From NCBI GenBank assembly GCA_963702025.1, contig OY969699.1, positions 608,001-672,000 on the forward strand: a stretch of 64,000 nucleotides of DNA, in the 5' to 3' direction. The stretch comes from an uncultured bacterium. Its GTDB lineage: Bacteria; Babelota; Babeliae; Babelales; Vermiphilaceae. Shown here one piece after another: positions 28,261 through 36,664 of this stretch (position 1 is the first letter of the stretch; every line of letters starts with the position of its first letter). A model generated the notes under the pieces. It did not search any database. It was not told the DNA's origin and saw only the letters and a program-made list of their open reading frames with translations. Both the position numbers and the translations under genes were made by a program.

Positions 28261-28935
28261 ATGATGTTTTTTTCGCGGGTGCGACGGTTTTTGATTCTAT
28301 TTTTTCATCTTTTTCATACTACGTTACAGATGCTCTATGGTGGATGGCGTATTTCTAAGCTTAAAGGGCATATTATTACTATTTTTGGCAGCTCTCGCTT
28401 AAAGCTTGATACTCCTTATGCAAAAAAAGCGCATGAGATCAGCACTAAATTTATACAGATGGGTGTTAGCGTATTAACCGGCGGCGGTACAGGAATTATG
28501 CAAGCAGCCGGGTGTGATCTTCCCCAAGGAAAGAATGCAGGCAAAAGTATTGGTATCGGGGTAAAAGGGCTTGAAGATAAACCCGAATGTATGCAAGAAT
28601 TCTTTGAACTGGATTATTTTTTTTCAAGAAAATGGTTGCTTACCGAGTTTTCTACAGGATTTGTTATATTTCCTGGGGGATTTGGGACACTTGATGAAAT
28701 GGCTGGGGTTTTAACACTAATTCAAACAAAAAAATTAAAACGGGTGCCGGTGGTGCTTATCGGCAAAGAATTTTGGGCTCCGTTGGTTGAATGGATAACC
28801 AAAGAAGCATTGGGGCATGGCACAATAGTAGCAGATGAACTGGAATTTTTTTATGTCACCGACGATCTTGATGAAGCTATTTGTTGGGTGTTGGGAAAAT
28901 GTGATTTATTGCCCCGGAATAAATCCGCTTATTAG
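28261..28935 (+). CDS. LOG family (TIGR00730-like) nucleotide phosphoribohydrolase
   Basis: IFGSSR, TGGGTGIM, SRK, PGGFGTLDE. Confidence 0.9.
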   Translation: MMFFSRVRRFLILFFHLFHTTLQMLYGGWRISKLKGHIITIFGSSRLKLDTPYAKKAHEISTKFIQMGVSVLTGGGTGIMQAAGCDLPQGKNAGKSIGIGVKGLEDKPECMQEFFELDYFFSRKWLLTEFSTGFVIFPGGFGTLDEMAGVLTLIQTKKLKRVPVVLIGKEFWAPLVEWITKEALGHGTIVADELEFFYVTDDLDEAICWVLGKCDLLPRNKSAY

Positions 28936-30329
28936 ACATTTCCGCAGTGTGCGGACTTTGAGGGTTTAAATACAACGAATTTTTTGAATGCCGTTTCGGC
29001 TATGCCACCAATATAAAAACCAATGCCCGAAAGTGCAAATGAAGCAATTTGCCCCGAAACAGGAAGCGATATGGTGTGAACGAGAATAAAGCCAGTAAGT
29101 CCCAGTAAAATAGCCCCGATTGCCGATCCTTTTTTTAAATCTGTCTGGAAATAGCTCATGAGTAACGGAACAATCAGGCAACTATCGTATAACTCGTAGC
29201 TATACAGTAAGACTTGCATAGCATTGGATGTTGTGCAATAACTGCCAAATGTTGCTACTAATCCCACAAAAACAAGCATGATTTTATCGATGGTTGAATT
29301 ATTTTTGAACAGACTATAACTTAACCCAAGCTCTTGGGTGATGCTCAAGCTAACCGACCATAAATAATAATCGATCATGGCAATTAAGGCTGCCGCCATC
29401 CCCAGTACTGCCAAAAATACCACCAGTTCATTGGTAAGTATTCGTAGCACAGGAATTAGCGGACTAATTGAATCGGGAACCGCCAAGTTAAGGGCTTTTG
29501 CTTTAATGCCAAAATAGATGGGCACCAGTGAAAAAATGAGCATAAAAGCGCTCGCGCCTGCGGCACACGCAGCGGCGGTATATCGATTAGAAACATTAAA
29601 TAAGGGACGAGCAAATTCTTGGTCGGTTAAATAATAGAGTGCTGGCATTACCAAGAGATTAAAAACAGTTGAGAAAGAAAGATCGGTTTTGGGAAAAGCA
29701 AAGGGATTATTTAACAATTGGGTAAAAAAAGAGGGAGGCTCCTTGAAAAGACAAAATCCAAAAATGCCACCAAAGACAATAACAGTGTAAACAAGTTGGA
29801 CGCTATAGGTTATACCGGCTGTGCGTAGACCGCCCAGTACGGCGTACAAAATAGCGCATATACTCAGAAACACAAAGAAAATTTCATTGGTAATCCCTAA
29901 GGCATGAATTAGGGACTTGCCGGCTATAATTTGACCCAACAATAAACCCCACGTGGTCAAAATTGATAGCAGCGAGGCGCATACGCGAATTAATGGGGAT
30001 TTATAGCGTATTTCAAATAAATCAATGGTACTTTCAACGTTCATGGCTTTTATTTTTTTTGCAAAACCCAATCCGAGTAAAATAAAGCCGATGCTAATGC
30101 CCACAACGTATAAAAGGCCATATATTCCTGTTGTATAAGCCTCTTCACAAGTGCCAAGCATCATGCTGCCACCTAATTCCAACGCAATAAGTGCAAACAC
30201 TATACTGGCAAACGTAAAACTTTTTTTAACGAAGACAGCAGCGGATGCTTTTTTGCGCAAAAAGCTGTTAACGCCATTTGCTACCACCCATGCAACAACA
30301 AGCGATGAAACATACAAGGGCATGCTCAT
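28932..30329 (-). CDS. Sodium:solute symporter family transporter
   Basis: About 12-13 TM segments, ELGG..LGTCEEAY, YAVLGGL. Confidence 0.85.
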   Translation of the reverse strand: MSMPLYVSSLVVAWVVANGVNSFLRKKASAAVFVKKSFTFASIVFALIALELGGSMMLGTCEEAYTTGIYGLLYVVGISIGFILLGLGFAKKIKAMNVESTIDLFEIRYKSPLIRVCASLLSILTTWGLLLGQIIAGKSLIHALGITNEIFFVFLSICAILYAVLGGLRTAGITYSVQLVYTVIVFGGIFGFCLFKEPPSFFTQLLNNPFAFPKTDLSFSTVFNLLVMPALYYLTDQEFARPLFNVSNRYTAAACAAGASAFMLIFSLVPIYFGIKAKALNLAVPDSISPLIPVLRILTNELVVFLAVLGMAAALIAMIDYYLWSVSLSITQELGLSYSLFKNNSTIDKIMLVFVGLVATFGSYCTTSNAMQVLLYSYELYDSCLIVPLLMSYFQTDLKKGSAIGAILLGLTGFILVHTISLPVSGQIASFALSGIGFYIGGIAETAFKKFVVFKPSKSAHCGNV

Positions 30330-30455
30330 ACTTTTATCCTTCGCAATTTAAACACAATGGTACTGAGCATCGTATACAAGCTGGGGGGCTGTTTTGCAAG
30401 CATATTATAATTAAAACGCCTTTTAAGGATTTTAAAACTGTTTCCATTCTACTTC

Positions 30456-30585
30456 GCAAGGAAACCACAGTTTTTAAACTGTGGATGAATTGCAAGTAGC
30501 CCTTCGAAGCTTTAGCGAAGTAGGGTTTTTTGCTTCGAAGAATTTCAGCGCGATACAACGGCTTTTAAGCCGTTGTGCGCTTCAT
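30456..30585. mobile_element. Possible non-autonomous IS200/IS605-type remnant with a family B insert
   Basis: Hairpins ccacagtttttaaactgtgg (30465-30484) and acaacggcttttaagccgttgt (30555-30576); B copy at 30496-30525. Confidence 0.45.
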
Positions 30586-30689
30586 TTAATTGTATTGAGT
30601 GATAATCAAAGTAATAAAATATAAATATAAATCAAGATAAATATTATAATTGCGAAATACAAAACTGCTTGAATATTTATTGATTTACA

Positions 30690-30770
30690 CATGGTGAGTA
30701 GCCCGAAGGGCATATCGAACCATTTCAGTATCCTTCGATACGAAATCTCCGATTTCTACTCAGGATGTGT
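30690..30770. repeat. Family A palindromic element supplying the HAD gene C-terminus
   Basis: Near-identical to 5419; minus strand encodes THPE-stop. Confidence 0.85.
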
Positions 30771-31448
30771 GGCATTAGTTTCATAACTATAAAGAAGTTC
30801 ATCAAGAATTATCTCATGATAACCATTCACCTTGATATCCGCTTTTTGTATTTGCTCGGGCTTTCCACCACTATTGATGCCAATACAAAGCATGCCCGCC
30901 GATTGAGCGGCAAGAATGCCATGCGCCGAATCTTCAATAGCGATGCATTCCTTTGGGTCAACTTGAAGCTGTTTTGCAGCATATAAATAGATTGCTGGAT
31001 TTGGTTTTCCTATATTGTTTACGTGATTGATCGTATACACATGATGTTCAAAGTAATGGGTGAGGTTAAGATTTTTGTCAGTAACGATAACTGTTTGCAG
31101 GTTGGCATTGGTGGCGACTCCCATTTTGAGGGGAATGGCGCGTGCCTTTGCATGAAATTCGGTAAAGCCATCAATAAAACGAATGCCCCTTTCATAGAGC
31201 TGGCACGCTAGTGCCGTTTTTTCTTTCATCAATATTTCTATGCTGTCATCTGTTTGAATTAAATCTTTAATAATTTGGCAGCTTTTTAAAGTATCCAGGC
31301 CAGCCAATTGCTGATCGAGGTAGGCTTCATCTTCCAGAGTTAGTTGATAGCCCCTATTAATAATGATTTGTTTGCGTGCTTGGTGCCAGACATGGTTGGT
31401 ATCAATAATAGTGCCATCCATATCAAAAATTATAGCCTTGTATTTCAT
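30756..31448 (-). CDS. HAD-superfamily phosphatase (beta-PGM-like)
   Basis: FDMDGT, ATN, KPNPAIY, IEDSAHG. Confidence 0.92.
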   Translation of the reverse strand: MKYKAIIFDMDGTIIDTNHVWHQARKQIIINRGYQLTLEDEAYLDQQLAGLDTLKSCQIIKDLIQTDDSIEILMKEKTALACQLYERGIRFIDGFTEFHAKARAIPLKMGVATNANLQTVIVTDKNLNLTHYFEHHVYTINHVNNIGKPNPAIYLYAAKQLQVDPKECIAIEDSAHGILAAQSAGMLCIGINSGGKPEQIQKADIKVNGYHEIILDELLYSYETNATHPE

Positions 31449-31566
31449 AAATTCCCTTTTGACTCCCTCTAACTTTGGTTGCGAAATCCATTATTATGAG
31501 TAACCTTATACCATGAGATTACTCTCACAATTCAGAAAATAACAGATTTATTCATTAATTTTCACG

Positions 31567-32238
31567 GTGGTTACGATGACCAAAAAGAATTTATTACGTC
31601 CAATGCATAATGCAATTCTTTTTAACCTTATTATAAAAATATGTGCTTTTGCAAAAGTCAGCTTTATTGTGGGCTCCCAGTTTGCATTCTTTTCATTGGC
31701 GCAGACAATCACTCCCCTTGCGGGTGCCTTTGCCGGTATTGCTGGCTGTTTTGCTTTTTTTGGGGCTAAAGTAGCGATTACTTTGATGCTTTCATCACAG
31801 ATTCCTTTTCATTTTCTTGCCTATCATATACCCGGTCTTTTTGCATCTTTATATTGGGCAACTTCTTCACGATGGCTTAAGGCAAGCATTCCCTTGATTT
31901 GTATGGCATTGTTTCTTGTCCATCCTACCGGAAGTGGTGCTGCATTGTATTGTCTATTTTGGCTGATCCCCGTTGTGGCGACCTCTTTTATGAAAGAAAA
32001 TCTATTTGCTCGATCAATGGGAAGCACCTTCACTGCCCATGCTGTTGGCTCGGTAATTTGGTTGTACACGGTTCCTATGAGTGCAGATAAATGGCTCATG
32101 CTTATTCCAGTAGTCATTGTTGAACGGGCATTATTTGTTATTGGCATGATGGTAGCGTATCATATTCTTTGTCGGCTTATGAACTTGCTGACTGTACATG
32201 ATAACCAAAAAATTCTTGGATCGGCGCGTAAGGTATAA
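31567..32238 (+). CDS. Integral membrane protein, possibly an ECF S-component
   Basis: About 6-7 TM segments, GSTFTAHAVGS; start uncertain. Confidence 0.55.
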   Translation: MVTMTKKNLLRPMHNAILFNLIIKICAFAKVSFIVGSQFAFFSLAQTITPLAGAFAGIAGCFAFFGAKVAITLMLSSQIPFHFLAYHIPGLFASLYWATSSRWLKASIPLICMALFLVHPTGSGAALYCLFWLIPVVATSFMKENLFARSMGSTFTAHAVGSVIWLYTVPMSADKWLMLIPVVIVERALFVIGMMVAYHILCRLMNLLTVHDNQKILGSARKV

Positions 32239-33089
32239 TGCATATGAAAACTCGTATTGTCTTCGGCATTATTGGTATCCCCTTTTTTCTGATTTTATGT
32301 ACGACCATTGTAAAAAATGACTGGTCCGGAAAAACTGATACAATGCTCAAAACCAATATTGATATTCCCGAAGCGAGTGCGGTTCATGAAGGCGAAAAGC
32401 CGGTGCAGCATCTTGCCTGTATTATGGATGGCAATCGCCGGTGGGCAAAAAAAAATGGATTAAAACCATGGTATGGCCATCGCGAAGGGGTAGAAGCGGT
32501 ACGCAGAGTGGTTCAATTTTGCGTGGAAAAGAAAATTAAATATCTTTCTTTGTACACCTTTTCTTTAGAAAACTTTAAGCGTTCCTATGAAGAAAATAGT
32601 TATTTATTTAGCCTTATGGTGCAAGAGGCGCAAAAAGGGGTGAGTGAATTTAGGAAGCATGGCATCCGATTACGCTTTAGAGGGGATCGGAGTCTTTTCC
32701 CGCAAGAGCTTTGCCCATTGCTTGATAAAGTAGAAAAAGAAACAGAAGATTTAGATACGCTCCATGTTACCTTTCTCTTTTGCTACGGTGGCCGCCAAGA
32801 AATAGCCAATGCAACAAAAAATATAGCGCTTGATCTGAAAAATGGAAAACTTACGGCAGATGCAATTACTCCCGAACTTATAAGCAGTTATTTATGGACG
32901 CACGATTTGCCTGATCCCGATCTTATTATTCGCACCGGTGGTTTTTCACGATTAAGTAACTTCTTGCTCTATCAAGCAGCATATAGTGAAATTTATGTGC
33001 TCGATTGCATGTGGCCCGACATTACCACCGAGCATCTGCAAGAAGCATACGACTCTTTTGTGCATGTGTCGCGCAATTTTGGTGCATAA
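32238..33089 (+). CDS. uppS: Undecaprenyl diphosphate synthase with N-terminal hydrophobic extension
   Basis: IMDGNRRWA, FSLENFKR, YGGRQEI, DLIIRTGG, RLSNFLLYQ, RNFGA. Confidence 0.95.
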   Translation: MHMKTRIVFGIIGIPFFLILCTTIVKNDWSGKTDTMLKTNIDIPEASAVHEGEKPVQHLACIMDGNRRWAKKNGLKPWYGHREGVEAVRRVVQFCVEKKIKYLSLYTFSLENFKRSYEENSYLFSLMVQEAQKGVSEFRKHGIRLRFRGDRSLFPQELCPLLDKVEKETEDLDTLHVTFLFCYGGRQEIANATKNIALDLKNGKLTADAITPELISSYLWTHDLPDPDLIIRTGGFSRLSNFLLYQAAYSEIYVLDCMWPDITTEHLQEAYDSFVHVSRNFGA

Positions 33090-33176
33090 TTTTTGGACTT
33101 TCTCAACTTTACAATCATTTCTATTTGTTTATACTTTCTCCAACTATTTTTTTATTACTATTTCAAAAGGGACGCT

Positions 33177-33695
33177 ATGAAACAGATAGCACATAAAATT
33201 ATGATAGGAATTCTTCTTACGCAAACTCTATCGCTTTCAGCCATGGACTGGTGGTACAGAATTCAGGCAAAATATCCAGAAATTGAAATAAATATAAATA
33301 ATAATTCAAATGATACAAAGCCGGATATAGCATTTGAGATGCACAGGGGCGAATTTAAAGTGCAATGGGACAATCAAACACCGTATGATGTTGTTGTGTA
33401 TCAAAAAGATTCCGAGAACGCGCCCGAAAAAGTAGTTGCTGAAGTTTCTGCACATAGTAAAACAGATTCTTCTATTAAAATTGATTTTGAAAAGACACAA
33501 TTTTCATCAGGTTTATTCACCGCGCTTATTAAATCAGAAAAACCAGTTAAAGTTCCTGTTGAGACAATGTTTACCCAGCCAACCGGGGCAATGTTGAAAA
33601 GTATTTTGAGCACACTAGGAACCAGCAATATGTCTTTACGGCATTATGAGTTTCGTGATTTATATCAAAAGATAATGATAAAACTGCCCCAATAG
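33177..33695 (+). CDS. Secreted hypothetical protein, paralog 1
   Basis: Signal ...SLSA|MD; NQTP, FTALIKSEKPVKVPVETMFTQP. Confidence 0.75.
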   Translation: MKQIAHKIMIGILLTQTLSLSAMDWWYRIQAKYPEIEININNNSNDTKPDIAFEMHRGEFKVQWDNQTPYDVVVYQKDSENAPEKVVAEVSAHSKTDSSIKIDFEKTQFSSGLFTALIKSEKPVKVPVETMFTQPTGAMLKSILSTLGTSNMSLRHYEFRDLYQKIMIKLPQ

Positions 33696-33714
33696 TTTTT
33701 AAAAGGAAAAAGCT

Positions 33715-34293
33715 ATGAGACAAATCAAAACAAAAATAGTAGTTGCCGGTATTCTTTGCATGCAGATGTTAGCGCTCTCTGCGATGCGGGGAGAGCTTGG
33801 TCATGCCCTTTTGAATCAAATTAAGGCCGAGCATTATTCCCGCCATGATAGGATTTTATATGTATTTCCAAATTCTACTATCGAGGAAAAAACTGATGCC
33901 ACTTTAAGATCATACGCTCTGGGTTTCTTAAGATCAATGGAAGCAGGAACCTTTACCATGCAATGTGAAAATTTGACTCCGCATGAAATAATTTTGTACC
34001 AAAAAAATCAGCTTAATGAAGATAAACAGATTGCAGAAATTGCCGCTGGAAAAGCAGCATTTGTACAAATTTCACGGCCTTTGGAAAGTATTAGTTCCGA
34101 TACATTTAGCGCATTGATTAAAGCAGAAGAGCCAATCAAAATACCCGTAGAGACAAATTTTACCAAGCCGGCTGCTCTTATTAAGACTTTCTGCAATATT
34201 TTAAGAGATAATGAGGGCCAAGAACTTGCAACTCAAGTTGAGGATTTAAAAGAGCTTTTAACACGCGTAGTGGTAGAATTGCCAAAATTGTAA
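33715..34293 (+). CDS. Secreted hypothetical protein, paralog 2
   Basis: Signal ...ALSA|MR; NLTP, FSALIKAEEPIKIPVETNFTKP. Confidence 0.75.
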   Translation: MRQIKTKIVVAGILCMQMLALSAMRGELGHALLNQIKAEHYSRHDRILYVFPNSTIEEKTDATLRSYALGFLRSMEAGTFTMQCENLTPHEIILYQKNQLNEDKQIAEIAAGKAAFVQISRPLESISSDTFSALIKAEEPIKIPVETNFTKPAALIKTFCNILRDNEGQELATQVEDLKELLTRVVVELPKL

Positions 34294-34309
34294 AAATAAT
34301 TTTTATAGA

Positions 34310-35026
34310 CTACTCAACTTGAAGTTGAACCGGCAATGGTTTATCCGAGCCCAAAGTAACCAGTGTTCCGGGCAGCGGGCGTTGATCAACAACCATGCAT
34401 TGTGTACATTGATGGTTTGCGTCATTTTCATAGTGTCGCGTGTGTACGATGGTCGGCACAATATCGTGCAATGACAAGAACGCTACTATTTCATCAAGAG
34501 ATTTTCCAATAAAGCTTGGCATAAGAACCGGTTTGGTGTTGGCGCGGGCCACATAGACAATGATCGGTTTTTCAGAACATAAAGTTCCCGGTTGGGGAAA
34601 CTGTGCAATGCAACTATTATCCGGCGCATCAGCAGGGATACTGTATGTAAGTAATTTTTGCATTTGTTGTTCAACGAGCGCCTGTGCCTCATACTGTGAT
34701 TTTCCCCGTAGATTTGGCGTAACGCTGCCACATTTTTTTTGTGAAATAGTGATATAGATTGTTTGATTTGTTTTAATAATCGTTCCGGGAACCGGTACTT
34801 GAGCTAAAATAGTACCTTCGGGCAGATCAGCATCGTCACGTTTATCAATAATGCGTGCAGTGAGATTTTGTTCATTAAGGGTAATCAGTGCCTTATCAAC
34901 TGTTTTGCCTATAATAGTGGGTGTTGCTATTTTTTTATTGTGATGGAAAAAATTGATAGCCGCATAACCAAGAAGAAAGCTGATAAACGGTGTTACCCAG
35001 AGATATGGTGAAATGCGCGAAAGCAT
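34310..35026 (-). CDS. PASTA-domain protein (three repeats, N-terminal TM)
   Basis: PTIIGK/PNLRGK/PSFIGK repeats, each followed by Q.P.PGT. Confidence 0.85.
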   Translation of the reverse strand: MLSRISPYLWVTPFISFLLGYAAINFFHHNKKIATPTIIGKTVDKALITLNEQNLTARIIDKRDDADLPEGTILAQVPVPGTIIKTNQTIYITISQKKCGSVTPNLRGKSQYEAQALVEQQMQKLLTYSIPADAPDNSCIAQFPQPGTLCSEKPIIVYVARANTKPVLMPSFIGKSLDEIVAFLSLHDIVPTIVHTRHYENDANHQCTQCMVVDQRPLPGTLVTLGSDKPLPVQLQVE

Positions 35027-35058
35027 AAGTTCCTTTTGAAAGGGATTGGATAAGTAAG

Positions 35059-35408
35059 ACTAAGGCAAATTATAAGCCGGATTCTGTAGATGCTTACGCA
35101 TCTGACAATCATTTATCTAAGCGACATACCCGCACGTTTTAACCGAAACGAATGATCGAACGTGCCTATTTTGTCTTGCTCCAAGAGGGGCTTGCCCATG
35201 CATGGCATTACTACCTTGCATTGTGCGCTCTTACCGCACTTTTTCACCCTTACCCTAAGCTAGGAATTTAGGGCGGTTATTTTCTGTGGCGCTCTCCGTC
35301 AATCTGTTGCCAAATTGCCCTGGCTTGATCATATCTCTTGCCAGGCTCTTTATTCGTTGGGAGTCCGGACTTTCCTCTGCAAAGCAGCGATTGTCCATTT
35401 GCCTTAGT
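35059..35408 (-). ncRNA. rnpB: RNase P RNA (bacterial)
   Basis: Minus strand has GAGGAAAGTCCGGACTCC and ACAGAATCCGGCTTAT; P1 helix actaaggcaaat/atttgccttagt. Confidence 0.95.
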
Positions 35409-35850
35409 TGTACGATTTCAAACTCATTATCCATATCACTAGTATATTAACAAATAGAATTGAAATTGTATAGGAAATGCTCCAAGAGAGGCCTAGAATC
35501 CAATATTCTACCAGGAATACCTGCGCTAAAAGACAAGCAGCCAAGAGCAGGTAATATTGCCAGTATGAACCATACAGCATATGTTTTATGGAAATCCCTA
35601 TGGCTGTTGCCGGGATCAGGTAGAGTAGGCAGATCCCAAAGTGCCCATTTTGAATAAGAGAGGCAAGGGACAGCAAAAAGTTGGCAAAAAGAATACGCGG
35701 AATAGTTACAATTCCTGAAAGGCTGAGGATATAAAAACATAAAAGACTATACAAAAGGGTGCGTTCAAAGAATGAAAAAGCTGCCAAATCCAACAAGAAA
35801 AAGGTTGCTGCCAAGATATAGAAGAAAATAGGGGAAATATGTTTTGTCAT
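35404..35850 (-). CDS. Small polytopic membrane protein (MreD-like size and topology)
   Basis: 148 aa, about 5 hydrophobic segments; no diagnostic motif recognised. Confidence 0.5.
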   Translation of the reverse strand: MTKHISPIFFYILAATFFLLDLAAFSFFERTLLYSLLCFYILSLSGIVTIPRILFANFLLSLASLIQNGHFGICLLYLIPATAIGISIKHMLYGSYWQYYLLLAACLLAQVFLVEYWILGLSWSISYTISILFVNILVIWIMSLKSYN

Positions 35851-35895
35851 TGTTTTTTTAATAAGATACTTTTTGTTATTCTTTTTTTATGATCG

Positions 35896-35925
35896 TTGAC
35901 AGTGTATAATGAGCATACATATGAT
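35896..35925 (+). promoter_or_regulatory. Sigma70-like promoter of the MNT-HEPN pair
   Basis: TTGACA-18 nt-TATGAT; short inverted repeat tgtat/ataca in the spacer. Confidence 0.55.
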
Positions 35926-35951
35926 TCAAGTAACTCAGATAACTGGTAATT

Positions 35952-36260
35952 ATGGACGCTATGACTCACGATATTGAAGAAGAATATAAAGCTAAAATTA
36001 TTGCACTTCTTTCTGCATTATTACCGAATGCAAAAATATACCTTTTTGGTTCGCGGGCACGTAAAACACATAAACCATTTTCAGATATAGACCTTGCCGT
36101 TGAAGAGACTCAAAAAATTCCTTTTGAAAAAATCGGGGAATTAAAATCGATTATGGAAGCAACAAATATTCCCTATAAAATTGATATTGTTGATATCAAT
36201 GCGGTATCACCAGAGATGCGAGCTGCCATAGTAAAAGATAGACAATCATGGAAAAGTTAG
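35952..36260 (+). CDS. Minimal nucleotidyltransferase (MNT) antitoxin
   Basis: LFGSRARKTHKPFSDIDL = GSx10DxD. Confidence 0.9.
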   Translation: MDAMTHDIEEEYKAKIIALLSALLPNAKIYLFGSRARKTHKPFSDIDLAVEETQKIPFEKIGELKSIMEATNIPYKIDIVDINAVSPEMRAAIVKDRQSWKS

Positions 36261-36646
36261 TTCAACGGAGAACGATGCTTCTTAATGCATTAAAGACACT
36301 CGATGAGGTAATTATCCGAATAAAAGAGGTTGATAATAAGAGCGACTATAAAATACTGCGCGATTCTGAAATTCAACGTTTTGAATATAGTGTTGATACA
36401 TTTTGGAAATATTTAAAAGAGATTTTGGAAGTAAAATACGGCATTATAAGTGCCACTCCCAAGACAGTGATTCGTGAATATGCAATCATTTCAGGATTAT
36501 CACAGAGTGAAACAAATAATCTTCTAATGATGGTAGATGATCGTAATATGACTTCCCACGCTTATAATGAAAGCGTAGCAGAAGAAATTAGCAAGCGCAT
36601 TGAGACCTTTTATCTTGTAATGAAAAAAATTTCTCAAAATATCTAA
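36248..36646 (+). CDS. HEPN/HI0074-family RNase toxin
   Basis: IQRFEY, RNMTSHAY = Rx4HxY; overlaps the MNT gene. Confidence 0.9.
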   Translation: MEKLVQRRTMLLNALKTLDEVIIRIKEVDNKSDYKILRDSEIQRFEYSVDTFWKYLKEILEVKYGIISATPKTVIREYAIISGLSQSETNNLLMMVDDRNMTSHAYNESVAEEISKRIETFYLVMKKISQNI

Positions 36647-36664
36647 AAAATTACCCATTATACT

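Noticed and set aside
30330..30420. Riboswitch upstream of the sodium:solute symporter, and an Mg-sensing leader before mgtA
   Set aside because: No recognisable aptamer consensus; the mgtA intergenic gap is only about 60 nt
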